Assembly: GCA_965208325.1 (NCBI GenBank)
Contig: OZ242326.1
Coordinates: 4,576,001 to 4,640,000, forward strand
From: Candidatus Poribacteria bacterium
Lineage (GTDB): Bacteria > Poribacteria > WGA-4E > PCPOR2b
Direction of reading: 5' to 3'
DNA length: 64,000 nt
The translations under genes were made by a program, and so were the position numbers. Positions within the stretch are counted from its first letter, which is position 1. Each line of letters begins with the position of its first letter. Shown one piece after another: positions 19,167-29,479 of the stretch. The notes beneath the pieces are model-generated. The model was given only the letters and a program-made list of their open reading frames with translations. It did no database searches and was not told where the DNA came from.

Positions 19167-21269
19167 ATGCAGGAATTGAGCAATAAGGAGTTCCACGTCG
19201 CTGTGGATGGCGATGATACTAATCCGGGTACGCGTGAAAAGCCTTTTGCGACACTGCACCGCGCGCGTGATGCGGTGCGTGAGTTCAAACAGGATTGCGG
19301 CTTGACCACGGCTGTCACTGTGGTGGTGCGCGGAGGCAAGTATTATCTGGGCAGCCCATTGGTTTTAACCGAACAGGACAGCGGCAGTCGAGAGTTTCCG
19401 GTTATCTACACCAGCCATTCGGGCGAAGAGGCCGTTATTAGCGGAGGCGTGAATCTCACCGGCTGGGAAAAACATCAGGATAGTATTTTTAAGGCGAAGC
19501 TCCCGCCCGGCAGTTGGAGCGTGAGTAAAAGCCGGCAGTTAACGTATAATGGTGAATTGCAGGTCCGAGCGCGTTGGCCCAATTTCGACGCGAATACAAA
19601 CCCAGTCATTGGTGCATATTTGAACATAGAGGATGCAGCAGAACCGGGCAGCGACACTTCTTTCAGATTTGCGCAAGGCGCGCTTCCCCGTGGATGGAAG
19701 AAACCTCAACTGGCGGAAGCGCTTGTTACGGTTGCGGGCGGATGGAGTACGAACGTTGTACCTGTTGAATCGGTTGACCGTGAAAATAGCATCATACGAT
19801 TGCAACGGCGGACATGGCATAGCGAGAACGACAATTTCGTGCGTTACCGTCACATGCCGTTTCGAAATCGAGGAGAAGGTGACGCGCCGTTCGTGATGGA
19901 GAATATCTTGGAGGAGTTAGATACTCCTGGCGAATGGTGCCTCGATACTGAAGAAAGCGTTGTCTATTTCTGGCCGCCTACACCGTTGTCGCCGGAGAGT
20001 GATGTTGTGCTGCCACGCCTTGACAATTTAATCGATATTCAGGGTGCTTCGTACGTTTCGTTATCCGGCTTTACATTTACCGAGACCACCAGCGGCGACA
20101 ATTATCATCGATCGGGCCTCGACGGTTACGGAGCCATGTTTCCCGTCAAAGGTTGGGACTACTGTGGTGAGGCGATTCATCTGAAGGACGCATCGTATTG
20201 TGTTTTTGAAGACTGCCGTTTTTATGCCTTGGGCGGCAACGCGGTTTACTTAGAAGGTGACAACTTAAAGAACCGGATTGAACACAACGAATTCAACTAT
20301 ATCGGAGCCAATGGTGTAGCTCTTTTAGGAACTGCCGAGGCGCATCCCATGTCCAACAAGGTGGTCAATAACCACTTCGACCGAACGGGATGTATACTAC
20401 ATTACACAGCCGCCGTTTTTGCGGGGTTAAGCAATGGAAATTGGATTGCCCATAATGAAATACATGACGTTCCGCATCACGGAGTAAATCTTGCCACGAA
20501 TGGCCAAGGCCGCAATCTGTTAGAATACAACGACATTCGCCGCACATGCTTAGTCCTGTACGACACTGGCGCTGTCAATATGTGGATGGATCCCTATGAA
20601 ATCGGCGACGATGGACGAGTTTATGTGCTCAACAGGACCGATCGCGCAGGGCACATTCTACGGTTCAATTACATCACGGATACGGTGCAGGGGTTTTACC
20701 TGGATGACTGGGCGAGCAACTGCCTGGTGTACGGAAACATTTTTGCCCACGTGTGGAATGGCGTGACCATCCATGGCGGGAAAAACAATCTGATAGAGAA
20801 TAATATCTTTTATGATAGTGCGTGCATGGTTTACATAGCCAATGATTTGACTCATCGTCCTGAAGAAAGCGCAAAAGATATGTGGGGCTTCTGTGTAGGA
20901 AATCGCGCACGGAACAACGTATATCACTCGGGCAAAGGAAATTTGTGGTGGCTGTATACCGACGACAAAGAGTTCGGTCTACTCGACGATAAACGTATCG
21001 CCGAGTCAGAGGGAAATGTGTACTACATGACGCATGAGAATTACCAGATCGGGGAAACTTGGATGGAAAGACCCATGGTAGTGTACACTTTCGATGAATG
21101 GCAAAAAATGGGTTACGACACGACTTCAGTGATTGCCGATCCGATGCTGATAGACCCTGAAGACGAAAATTTCAACTTACATCCGGATTCACCGGCATTG
21201 AAACTCGGATTCCAACCTATCGACGCAAGCAGAATCGGCATTCAGTCCAAGGCCAAATCGGATCGATAA
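19167..21269 (+). CDS. Right-handed parallel beta-helix protein (GH141-like)
   Basis: VAVDGDDTNPGT..KPFATL.RARDAVR, RARWPN, ELDTPGEW, YDTGAV, YLDD motifs; ATG 19167 follows the PhyH stop. Confidence 0.75.
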   Translation: MQELSNKEFHVAVDGDDTNPGTREKPFATLHRARDAVREFKQDCGLTTAVTVVVRGGKYYLGSPLVLTEQDSGSREFPVIYTSHSGEEAVISGGVNLTGWEKHQDSIFKAKLPPGSWSVSKSRQLTYNGELQVRARWPNFDANTNPVIGAYLNIEDAAEPGSDTSFRFAQGALPRGWKKPQLAEALVTVAGGWSTNVVPVESVDRENSIIRLQRRTWHSENDNFVRYRHMPFRNRGEGDAPFVMENILEELDTPGEWCLDTEESVVYFWPPTPLSPESDVVLPRLDNLIDIQGASYVSLSGFTFTETTSGDNYHRSGLDGYGAMFPVKGWDYCGEAIHLKDASYCVFEDCRFYALGGNAVYLEGDNLKNRIEHNEFNYIGANGVALLGTAEAHPMSNKVVNNHFDRTGCILHYTAAVFAGLSNGNWIAHNEIHDVPHHGVNLATNGQGRNLLEYNDIRRTCLVLYDTGAVNMWMDPYEIGDDGRVYVLNRTDRAGHILRFNYITDTVQGFYLDDWASNCLVYGNIFAHVWNGVTIHGGKNNLIENNIFYDSACMVYIANDLTHRPEESAKDMWGFCVGNRARNNVYHSGKGNLWWLYTDDKEFGLLDDKRIAESEGNVYYMTHENYQIGETWMERPMVVYTFDEWQKMGYDTTSVIADPMLIDPEDENFNLHPDSPALKLGFQPIDASRIGIQSKAKSDR

Positions 21270-21405
21270 TACTTTTGCAGGATAGGCCGCTATTTATAGG
21301 ATATTTTGTCTTGGTTCGCTCGGGACGCGATGTTACATTGGAGTTTGGTTAATGCGACTGCCACCCAAGCGGTCGTGCACAATGCTCCCGGATTGATGGT
21401 AAATC

Positions 21406-22677
21406 TTATGAGCCTGATAGCGTGTGCGCTGGCGCATGCGGCATCATCATGAGGGTCGCATAAATTTTCGCAACTGCAACGAGATCGGGGATACTCACCC
21501 GCTCATTGACCCCATGAGCACTTTCACCGTCAACGCCGTACCCTACACCTGGCAGACCGCCATCTACTACGAAATAGTGAAGATCTGTGAATCCGCTTGT
21601 AGCACTAAAGGTAGGGGTCCGTTTGCGAACGACTTGCACGGCTTCGCCGAAGGCTTGCACGAATGGGTGCCCCACGTCTACGATGCAAGGCGCAATAGAG
21701 AGTATTGTTTTGACATCCACCGCTAACTCAGAATCCGCACTACAAATTTCCTTAATGATTTCCCGGATTTCTTGTTCGACTTCTTCAAGGTTTTCCGAAG
21801 GAATGACGCGCCGGTCAATAGAGAAGGTAGCTTGCGCCGGAACCGTATTCACTTTATCCCCATCGGTGCCGTGAAAGACGCCACCGATACTAATCGTCGG
21901 ACGCCGATGCTGCCCCGATTCGGTTTCAAAAACGCGATTGGGCGGCGCTAAACGTGCTTTTTGGCGTTGAAGCGCCGAAACGAGTGATACCATTTTCTCG
22001 AACGCATTCAATCCCTTTTCCGGCTGAGACGCGTGTGCCGCCACACCGTGAACAGTCACGTTCATCCAAATGACGCCGTTGTGGCCGACACCCACATTCA
22101 AGAGTGAGCCCCCTTCGCAGTTGACGACATAATCCGCCTGAACCATCCGATTTTGAACCAAATAACCTGCGCCAAGTTCCCCTCCGATTTCCTCATCGCA
22201 GGTGAAGGAACATTCAATGTTGAAGACAGGTCGAAGGTTGTTCTCCCGAATGGACGAAATCGCAAATAACAAAGCAGCAATCGAATCCTTCATGTCGTCG
22301 GCACCTCTGCCATAGAGCCATTCATCTTCGATTTCAGGCGCGAACGGCGGAAACCGCCAATTCCCAGCAACTGGAACGACATCGTAGTGGGCGTTGAAAT
22401 GAATCGTTTTATTTGCGCCAACATCCCATCGGGCGATTAAGTTGAGACGCGGATAAGCGTCTGCATGGGGCACAACACTAAGCGTTTCTGATTCTGGTAC
22501 TGGAATAACCGTTGTGTGAAGACCTAGCGCTTCACACCGCTTTTCGAGCAGATTGACCATTTCCACATAATGTCTGCCCGGCGGATTAGTGGTGTCCACC
22601 GAAACTATCTCTTTCAGAAGATTGCATAACCTCCCACGACTATGTTCAATTGTCCGAAATACTTTTTCCACCGTCAT
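21406..22677 (-). CDS. M20 family metallopeptidase (ArgE/DapE-like)
   Basis: NAHYDVVP, YGRGADDMK, DEEIGG, HAS.P..G.NA, AHG.NE. Confidence 0.9.
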   Translation of the reverse strand: MTVEKVFRTIEHSRGRLCNLLKEIVSVDTTNPPGRHYVEMVNLLEKRCEALGLHTTVIPVPESETLSVVPHADAYPRLNLIARWDVGANKTIHFNAHYDVVPVAGNWRFPPFAPEIEDEWLYGRGADDMKDSIAALLFAISSIRENNLRPVFNIECSFTCDEEIGGELGAGYLVQNRMVQADYVVNCEGGSLLNVGVGHNGVIWMNVTVHGVAAHASQPEKGLNAFEKMVSLVSALQRQKARLAPPNRVFETESGQHRRPTISIGGVFHGTDGDKVNTVPAQATFSIDRRVIPSENLEEVEQEIREIIKEICSADSELAVDVKTILSIAPCIVDVGHPFVQAFGEAVQVVRKRTPTFSATSGFTDLHYFVVDGGLPGVGYGVDGESAHGVNERVSIPDLVAVAKIYATLMMMPHAPAHTLSGS

Positions 22678-22730
22678 TTCATCCTTTAATTGGGTGGAGT
22701 GCGCGTTTAGTATTCATTCGAAAGGGTCCC

Positions 22731-23483
22731 ATGCCCTATTCCAAAGATTTCTTTGCGTTTCAACTATCATGTGCACATGCGCTAGCTAAGAGATTTCGGC
22801 GAAATGTGGGTGATATTCTATACGATTACACCACATTTTCCAGGAGTATTGCTTTGACACCTGATAGGCCATTCGATCAGTGGAATCCTGTTTGGCAAAG
22901 CTATATCAATGGACTAGGTAAGGCAGTAAACGAGGCCGAATGGACGCACGACTTTTACTTGAACCATTGCGCTGACGACCCGTTATCCACGGACGAGGAG
23001 TTCAATGGTAACATGTTGTTCGGTTCTTTCTATTTCGTCCTTCGTGACAATCATATCATCAGGCCGCACTTCATAAAGTTGGGTGATGATACATCTCCGC
23101 ATAGCGTTATTGGTAAAGAGAGAATGGTGGAAAGCCTCGGAAATTTGAAGAATATGTTCCAATATGTCAAGGACAATGTCGGCGGGGCAAAAACGGTTAT
23201 GGGCAACACATGGCTATACAATTTAGAAGCTTACAGAAGGCTTTATCCGCCAGAGTACACGGCACAGATGGTAGAGAATGATTCGCATGCATTCCAATTC
23301 TTGTCTTTGTGGGGCCAGTTTTTTGATAAAAATTGGCAGGTTAAAGGCTTGCTCGCAAACGAATTACTCAATCGGATTTCAGCATTGAACAGTTTGGAAA
23401 ACCTGAGGTTTTGCTTTCCGTACCAAGCGTTGATACCTCAATTCCATATTCAGGCCTTCTATGATTTCTATGGAATTGTTTGA
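22731..23483 (+). CDS. Hypothetical protein
   Basis: 250-aa open frame divergent from the M20 gene; GAAAGGG before ATG 22731; no motif recognised. Confidence 0.6.
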   Translation: MPYSKDFFAFQLSCAHALAKRFRRNVGDILYDYTTFSRSIALTPDRPFDQWNPVWQSYINGLGKAVNEAEWTHDFYLNHCADDPLSTDEEFNGNMLFGSFYFVLRDNHIIRPHFIKLGDDTSPHSVIGKERMVESLGNLKNMFQYVKDNVGGAKTVMGNTWLYNLEAYRRLYPPEYTAQMVENDSHAFQFLSLWGQFFDKNWQVKGLLANELLNRISALNSLENLRFCFPYQALIPQFHIQAFYDFYGIV

Positions 23484-24172
23484 CACAAGCCAATTGGAAA
23501 CGCCGTGATGATGCCGTGCGGCGTAACCGAACTATTGACGATGACGCATTACGTTCGAGTTATCGCCGCGCCGTAGCCGACGCAAATTGTTGGCATGTAG
23601 TTTCCCGGTGGTGTAATCTCTGTTTCGGCAAAATTTTCGTCACGGCGTAAACCTTTGTCAACAGTTTTACGTAATAGGCAGTGGTTAAAATTGAAATTAA
23701 CTGCGGCAAAAATCTCTCATCTGCACAAAGGTTTCACCTACGATTGCTCGCTAGGTCCGATTTCTCCATTTCGCCACTTCTGATTCTACAGTATAGTGAG
23801 TTTGCGAAGAAAGTTCAAGCGCTTTCACTCAATTCGTAGAGTACTGTTTGAATATTCGGCGGCAAACGGATTCTTCGGCGTTTGAGTTGCTATAATAGTT
23901 GGAAATCCTATCGGACGGGATTAACTATCGTCTTCGCTAAACCCACATTTGATCTTAATCAGTCGCTTGATCTCGCCAAACGCTATACTCCAGCCCAGCA
24001 TTGTGCGGGGCAAGGAAGATCTCTATCGCACTCCCTATCCAGTCGTTTGATCCCCGACTACCGCGCGTGGTGGCGCACTGTATGAAATGAATTTTCAAAC
24101 AAGTTCTAAAAGTTGCTTTCTACCAAGTGTCTGGTCTAGATATGCTGTCGCTCTGTCAATTTTCAAAAACTC

Positions 24173-24201
24173 TTGACAAGCATTCGATCAGGTGCTATGC
24201 T
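24173..24201 (+). promoter_or_regulatory. Sigma-70-type promoter about 390 nt upstream of nadC
   Basis: TTGACA-17 nt-TATGCT with TG extension. Confidence 0.65.
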
Positions 24202-24596
24202 TTGTTTCGCAAAATCCCGTGAAGTAGATTTTGATGTATTCTTGCCTAACTCCTTTCTCCCATTATGCCCTTAATTTTACCGCGTGTCCAGCTCAATGTT
24301 CTTGGGTTTGAGAATTAACGACTGATAATTGTGCATAGGCGGAAATGGAATCGGAGGGCAAGTATGAGGATTTATGCGTGTTGAAAGAGCGATTAACACA
24401 TAGTTGAATTGCGTTGTGCCAGGGTGCGTGCGGCACGCATGTGCGTAATTGGTCAAGGAGTACTTCCACCACCGGCCATGTGAATTGGATTTCTGATGTG
24501 GTGGTTATCACGGTTTGGCGAACATTTGGGCGGTTGGAGGGTATTCTTCTTTAACCGAGTGATACTAAGGTAATAGTCTTAAATCTAACAGCCAAA

Positions 24597-25436
24597 ATGC
24601 TAGATTTTCGTTCGATAGATTCGCTCATTGAACTTGCGCTCGCGGAGGACATTGGAACCGGCGACATAACCACCGAGGCCACAGTTTCCACAACGCAAAA
24701 TGGAATCGGGTTGATCATTGCCGAGGACGATGGTGTGATTGCTGGACTTCCGGTGGTTGAACGTGTTTTTCAAAAAATTGACCCGTCACTTGAATTTCGG
24801 AAGTTTGCCTCGGACAGCGATAGGGTAAAAAAGATGACTCCAATCGCTGAAGTAAAAGGCCGCGTGAAACCCATCCTCACAGGTGAACGCACTGCGCTCA
24901 ATTTTCTGCAGCGCTTATCGGGAATTGCAACGATGACCGCACAGTTCGTTGAGCTGGCCGAGAAATATGATGTACAAATTACAGATACACGTAAGTCAAC
25001 CGCTGGTTGGCGAGTCGTTCAGAAGTACGCCGTCTATACGGGCGGCGGTAAGAACCATCGATTTGGGCTTTTTGATGGAATTCTCATCAAAGATAATCAC
25101 ATCATAGCAGCCGGAAGTGTTGCCAAAGCTGTGAAGAAAGCTAAATTAAAGGCTCCACACACTATGAAGATTGAGGTTGAAGTCGAAACACCGGATCAAG
25201 TTGAAGAAGCCTTGAGTGAGGGAGCAGACATTCTTTTGCTGGATAACATGTCTGTGGAGCTTATGAGAACTACCGTCAAAAACGTCGCTGGTCGAGCCCT
25301 TATAGAAGCATCGGGCAATATAACGATAGACAAAGTTGACGCTGTTGCGGCAACGGGAGTAGATTTAATCTCTGTCGGTGCATTGACGCATTCGGCGATT
25401 CCGTTAGACATGAGTTTGGATTTAACGTTGAACTGA
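24597..25436 (+). CDS. nadC: Nicotinate-nucleotide pyrophosphorylase (quinolinate phosphoribosyltransferase)
   Basis: ALAEDIG.GDIT, ERTALN, DTRK, NHRFGL, LIKDNH, EVEVE, LLDNM, EASGNI. Confidence 0.95.
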   Translation: MLDFRSIDSLIELALAEDIGTGDITTEATVSTTQNGIGLIIAEDDGVIAGLPVVERVFQKIDPSLEFRKFASDSDRVKKMTPIAEVKGRVKPILTGERTALNFLQRLSGIATMTAQFVELAEKYDVQITDTRKSTAGWRVVQKYAVYTGGGKNHRFGLFDGILIKDNHIIAAGSVAKAVKKAKLKAPHTMKIEVEVETPDQVEEALSEGADILLLDNMSVELMRTTVKNVAGRALIEASGNITIDKVDAVAATGVDLISVGALTHSAIPLDMSLDLTLN

Positions 25437-25484
25437 AGTAATGGAATTAAAGCACGAGATAGCATGGCTTTGAATTAAAAACCG

Positions 25485-26531
25485 ATGCAAGAGTTCTTGA
25501 GCCAGTCACTGAACCGAAAGAATATTATTCGTGGATTTCTATTTTTTGTACTTTGTACACTAATTGGATTGTATGTCAGTTTTTTGTGGGGAGGCACGAA
25601 AAATTTTGGCAATGCACTGAGTTCGATACGCGGCAAGTTCTTAGTGATTGCAATGCTTTGCATGCTTTCAGATTGGGCATGCGGCGCCGCTCGCTTCTAC
25701 ATTTTTGTGCGAAAGATGGCTCCACAGGTCACCTTTTTTGATAGCATCCGCGCCACTCTAGCAACACTTTGCGTTGGCGGAATCACGCCGTTTCAGACTG
25801 GAGGAGTCGGATACATCTACATTTTCAACCGGAGCGGGGTACCACTATCGGGTTGTATGACGCTAGGCATCATTAGTTTTATCGGTACACTGATGTTTCT
25901 TATCTGTTCCGCGGGTTACACTGTATGGAAATCGCCCAGTTTTTTGCCCAAAGGGTTTGCCATTTTCGGCCAATATAGTTTAGTGATGTTTGCCCTTGTG
26001 CTCTTGTTCTTGTTCGTCATGGTCATCAAGCCCGGTGTTCTACTGTTTCCCTTGACGAAGATTCGGCTCATGAATCACCGCGGTTTTCGATTCCCGACCA
26101 AGGTGTTGAATCGTTTGGCGTTATCGCTTGAGAAATTAATTGGGGAGCACAAAGCGTTTACCCATATGTTCATCACACACCACAAGGGGGTCTTTGCTTT
26201 GAGTCTCCTCCTTTCGGGCGGCATATATATGAGCCGATTCGTGGCCGGATATGTTGTTGTGCAGGTGTTAGGCGGAAACACGCCGTTTTGGGACGTAATT
26301 GCAGCACAAGCAATACTACACTTTACAACACTGTTTGCACCAAGCCCGGGCGCAAGCGGAATCGCCGAATTTTTTACGGTTGTTCTAATGGAGGATTTGA
26401 TTAAACCCGACGTGGTTGCGCTGTACGCACTAATGACACGTTTCTTCACAACTTATTTTGCTGTCGCCGTTGGAGGAACCGTTTTGGTACCGCAATTAGC
26501 GAAGGACTTGAAGCAGGGAAAAGAAAAATAG
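25485..26531 (+). CDS. Lysylphosphatidylglycerol synthase TM-like (UPF0104) membrane protein
   Basis: ITPFQTGG and PSPGASGIAE motifs; multiple TM segments. Confidence 0.8.
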   Translation: MQEFLSQSLNRKNIIRGFLFFVLCTLIGLYVSFLWGGTKNFGNALSSIRGKFLVIAMLCMLSDWACGAARFYIFVRKMAPQVTFFDSIRATLATLCVGGITPFQTGGVGYIYIFNRSGVPLSGCMTLGIISFIGTLMFLICSAGYTVWKSPSFLPKGFAIFGQYSLVMFALVLLFLFVMVIKPGVLLFPLTKIRLMNHRGFRFPTKVLNRLALSLEKLIGEHKAFTHMFITHHKGVFALSLLLSGGIYMSRFVAGYVVVQVLGGNTPFWDVIAAQAILHFTTLFAPSPGASGIAEFFTVVLMEDLIKPDVVALYALMTRFFTTYFAVAVGGTVLVPQLAKDLKQGKEK

Positions 26532-26570
26532 TTCGTGTTCTGAACGTTGCATGCAATTCGGACTCTAAGT

Positions 26571-27569
26571 ATGAAGGCATTCGTCACTGGCAGCACGGGT
26601 TTCATTGGTAGCCACCTCGTCGAGTTTCTCGTTCGCCAAGGTTATCGCGTAACCTGCCTAGTCCGCAAAACGAGCGATGTACGCTGGCTCAATCAACAGC
26701 TGAATGCTGATACTGAACCCATTGAATTGGTTACTGCGGATATTGGCGATTATGATACTCTCGCCCAGTTGGTCAAAGATACAAACCTTGTTTTCCATCT
26801 TGCAGGATTAACGAAAGCGCCTGACGCTGCGACTTACGATCGAGTCAATGTACAGGGAACCAAGAACCTGATTAATGCCTGTTTACGAACAAATTCCGGT
26901 TTGGACCGGTTCGTATATTGCAGCAGCCTTGCGGCAATGGGGCCGTGCTCTACCGCAACACCAATGACTGAAGACGCTTCTCCGCAACCTTTGACAGACT
27001 ACGGTAGAAGCAAGCTAAAAGGCGAATTTGTAACCTACGAATGTGCCAATCGATTGCCGATTACCATCATTCGCCCGCCCGCTGTCTATGGTCCAAGGGA
27101 TACCGATGTTTTTCTCTATTTTCAGTTCGTTGAAAAAGGGTTGATGCCAACTCTTGGCGATGAAGATAGACTCTTGAGCTTGATACATGTCAGGGACTTG
27201 GTAGCTGGAATCTACGCCGCCGCTGTCTCCAACCTTGCTATCGGAGAAGCTTATTTCCTTACGGATGGTGCTCTGCATTCATGGAATGATGTCGGAAATA
27301 CGATTGCTTACGCGTTAAAAAAATGCCCGCTCAGACTTAAAGTGCCTTACGTAGTATTGGATATGATTGCCATGTGTACTGAAACTGCAGGCAGAATAAC
27401 ACGTCATGCCCCGACCTTAAATCGGCAAAAGATACGTGAACTCAAGCAGCGATTTTGGATTTGTGACAGTACAAAGGCGCAGCAACAGTTAGGTTTTGCC
27501 CCGGCGTATCCGCTTGAAAAGGGGATTCAGGAGACTGCAGAATGGTATCGAGAAAGCTGCTGGCTTTAA
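26571..27569 (+). CDS. NAD-dependent epimerase/dehydratase
   Basis: VTGSTGFIG, HLAG, YGRSK (YxxxK), RPPAVYGP. Confidence 0.9.
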   Translation: MKAFVTGSTGFIGSHLVEFLVRQGYRVTCLVRKTSDVRWLNQQLNADTEPIELVTADIGDYDTLAQLVKDTNLVFHLAGLTKAPDAATYDRVNVQGTKNLINACLRTNSGLDRFVYCSSLAAMGPCSTATPMTEDASPQPLTDYGRSKLKGEFVTYECANRLPITIIRPPAVYGPRDTDVFLYFQFVEKGLMPTLGDEDRLLSLIHVRDLVAGIYAAAVSNLAIGEAYFLTDGALHSWNDVGNTIAYALKKCPLRLKVPYVVLDMIAMCTETAGRITRHAPTLNRQKIRELKQRFWICDSTKAQQQLGFAPAYPLEKGIQETAEWYRESCWL

Positions 27570-27686
27570 ATTCAGGAAGGAGAGAACATTATGAAATAGA
27601 GTACATAGGACAGGAAGATAAATTTTGCATAGGTGCATTAATTTAATTCGTACGATTATTTCTTTTTAAGAACATGGAGGGGATTA

Positions 27687-28595
27687 ATGGGAATAACAAT
27701 CAATCCAGAAAGGACAAAAATCGGCTGGGTTGGGACTGGCGTAATGGGACGCTGGATGTGCCAGCATATCATAAATCTCGGATATTCTGCAACTGTCTAC
27801 AGCCGAACAAAGGAAAAAGCACAACCATTACTCGATAGCGGGGCGATGTGGGCAGATGACCCGCGTAAAGTTGCGGAAGCGTCTGATGTAATCTTCACAA
27901 TCGTTGGTTTTCCACCGGATGTGCGGGAAGTGTATCTTGGCGATAACGGCATCTTAAAGGGCACCAAAACAGGTGACATCATCGTTGACATGACAACCAC
28001 TGAACCGTCACTTGCGCAAGAGATTTATGAACAGGCAAGGAGGCGGGGAGTTTCCTCAATTGATGCCCCCGTGTCAGGAGGCGATGTCGGCGCACGCGAA
28101 GCGCGCCTTTCCATTATGGTGGGTGGAGAATCCGAAGTTGTTGAAACCATCATGCCGCTTCTCGAAGCAATGGGAAAAAACATCGTGCATCAGGGAGCTG
28201 CGGGAGCTGGCCAGCACACCAAGATGTGCAATCAGATAACAATTGCCGGAACGATGATAGGTGTTTGTGAAGGGTTATTCTACGGATACAAGGCAGGTTT
28301 GGATTTGAAGACAATGCTCTCATCGATTAGCGGCGGTGCAGCAGCGTGTTGGGCCTTGAGTAATCTTGCCCCCCGAATTCTGGAGCGTGATTTCGATCCG
28401 GGCTTTTTCGTTGAACACTTCATTAAGGATATGGGTATCGCGCTTGATGAAGCCGAGAAAATGGACATGAGTCTTCCCGGACTAGCACTGGTACACCAGC
28501 TATATCTCGCTGTTAAAGCCCAAGGCCATGGGCGTCTTGGCACGCAAGCGCTTATGTTAGCTCTAGAGCAGATGTCGAATGCGAAAGTTGATTAG
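27687..28595 (+). CDS. 3-hydroxyisobutyrate dehydrogenase-family oxidoreductase
   Basis: [33 protein letters not shown]. Confidence 0.9.
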   Translation: MGITINPERTKIGWVGTGVMGRWMCQHIINLGYSATVYSRTKEKAQPLLDSGAMWADDPRKVAEASDVIFTIVGFPPDVREVYLGDNGILKGTKTGDIIVDMTTTEPSLAQEIYEQARRRGVSSIDAPVSGGDVGAREARLSIMVGGESEVVETIMPLLEAMGKNIVHQGAAGAGQHTKMCNQITIAGTMIGVCEGLFYGYKAGLDLKTMLSSISGGAAACWALSNLAPRILERDFDPGFFVEHFIKDMGIALDEAEKMDMSLPGLALVHQLYLAVKAQGHGRLGTQALMLALEQMSNAKVD

Positions 28596-28891
28596 AATTT
28601 GCTAACACTTCATATTCCCAACCTTCTCGAATGCTGCAATTTTAGCACGCCGTCTCCGATCCAAATGGAGTTTTGAAATCGCCCCAATCGGTATTGGAAT
28701 TGGTCAAATACATCCAATGCCCAAATGACCAATCGAACCACCGCGTCGCGTGAAGGAATGCTTGGTAGAAGCAGAATACAATCTTAACCGTAAATATCAG
28801 TCTTTTCCGGTATGCCGAGCGGTTTTTTCGCGCGAATTGATGCATAATTTGGAAACGGTTTATTTTTTTCTGCGTTTTGTACAACAAATAC

Positions 28892-28921
28892 TTGACGATG
28901 TATCACTAACTATTGTATAAT
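28892..28921 (+). promoter_or_regulatory. Sigma-70-type promoter upstream of rho
   Basis: TTGACG-18 nt-TATAAT. Confidence 0.65.
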
Positions 28922-29479
28922 AGCACATTCATGACGGAAATTTCCCCCCAATAATCACCAATTATCCACCGCACAGATTTGCTTCGTCTGAGCCTGCTTT
29001 ACTACTTCAAAGTAACTTTGAAGCCTCTTCTATTGGACTTTTTCAGTGATGGCGGAATCTGCGCCGCAAATTTTGGAAGTTTATGTCAGTGATTTAAGTC
29101 TCAACCGCCCAAATACCCTGCATAGCGTAGTAAAACCTATCCAATCCTTGAGAATGTCGATTGAGCAATAATCGGTAAGTGTTTTGTGAAAGATTTCTGG
29201 TATTGGATGGAAAAACTCGCAAATTCTGCATGTTTCCGAAGCGGTTTATGCCTTTGATTTAAAATCCAACCTAAAATAATTATGTGTCTTCATGCCCGAT
29301 AATCCAACCTATTTTTTCATAAGTTTGTTCTTTTCTTTGAGTATATTTACAGTGGGGTCAGTGCAAATTTGCATGTTAGAAATGCGTCACGTTCATCTTT
29401 GAAAAGATGAATGCGTGCGTAGGCTATTTATGAACAACTTACAAAATGTGATGGTTGTTAATGAGGAGTAACTAACAAT

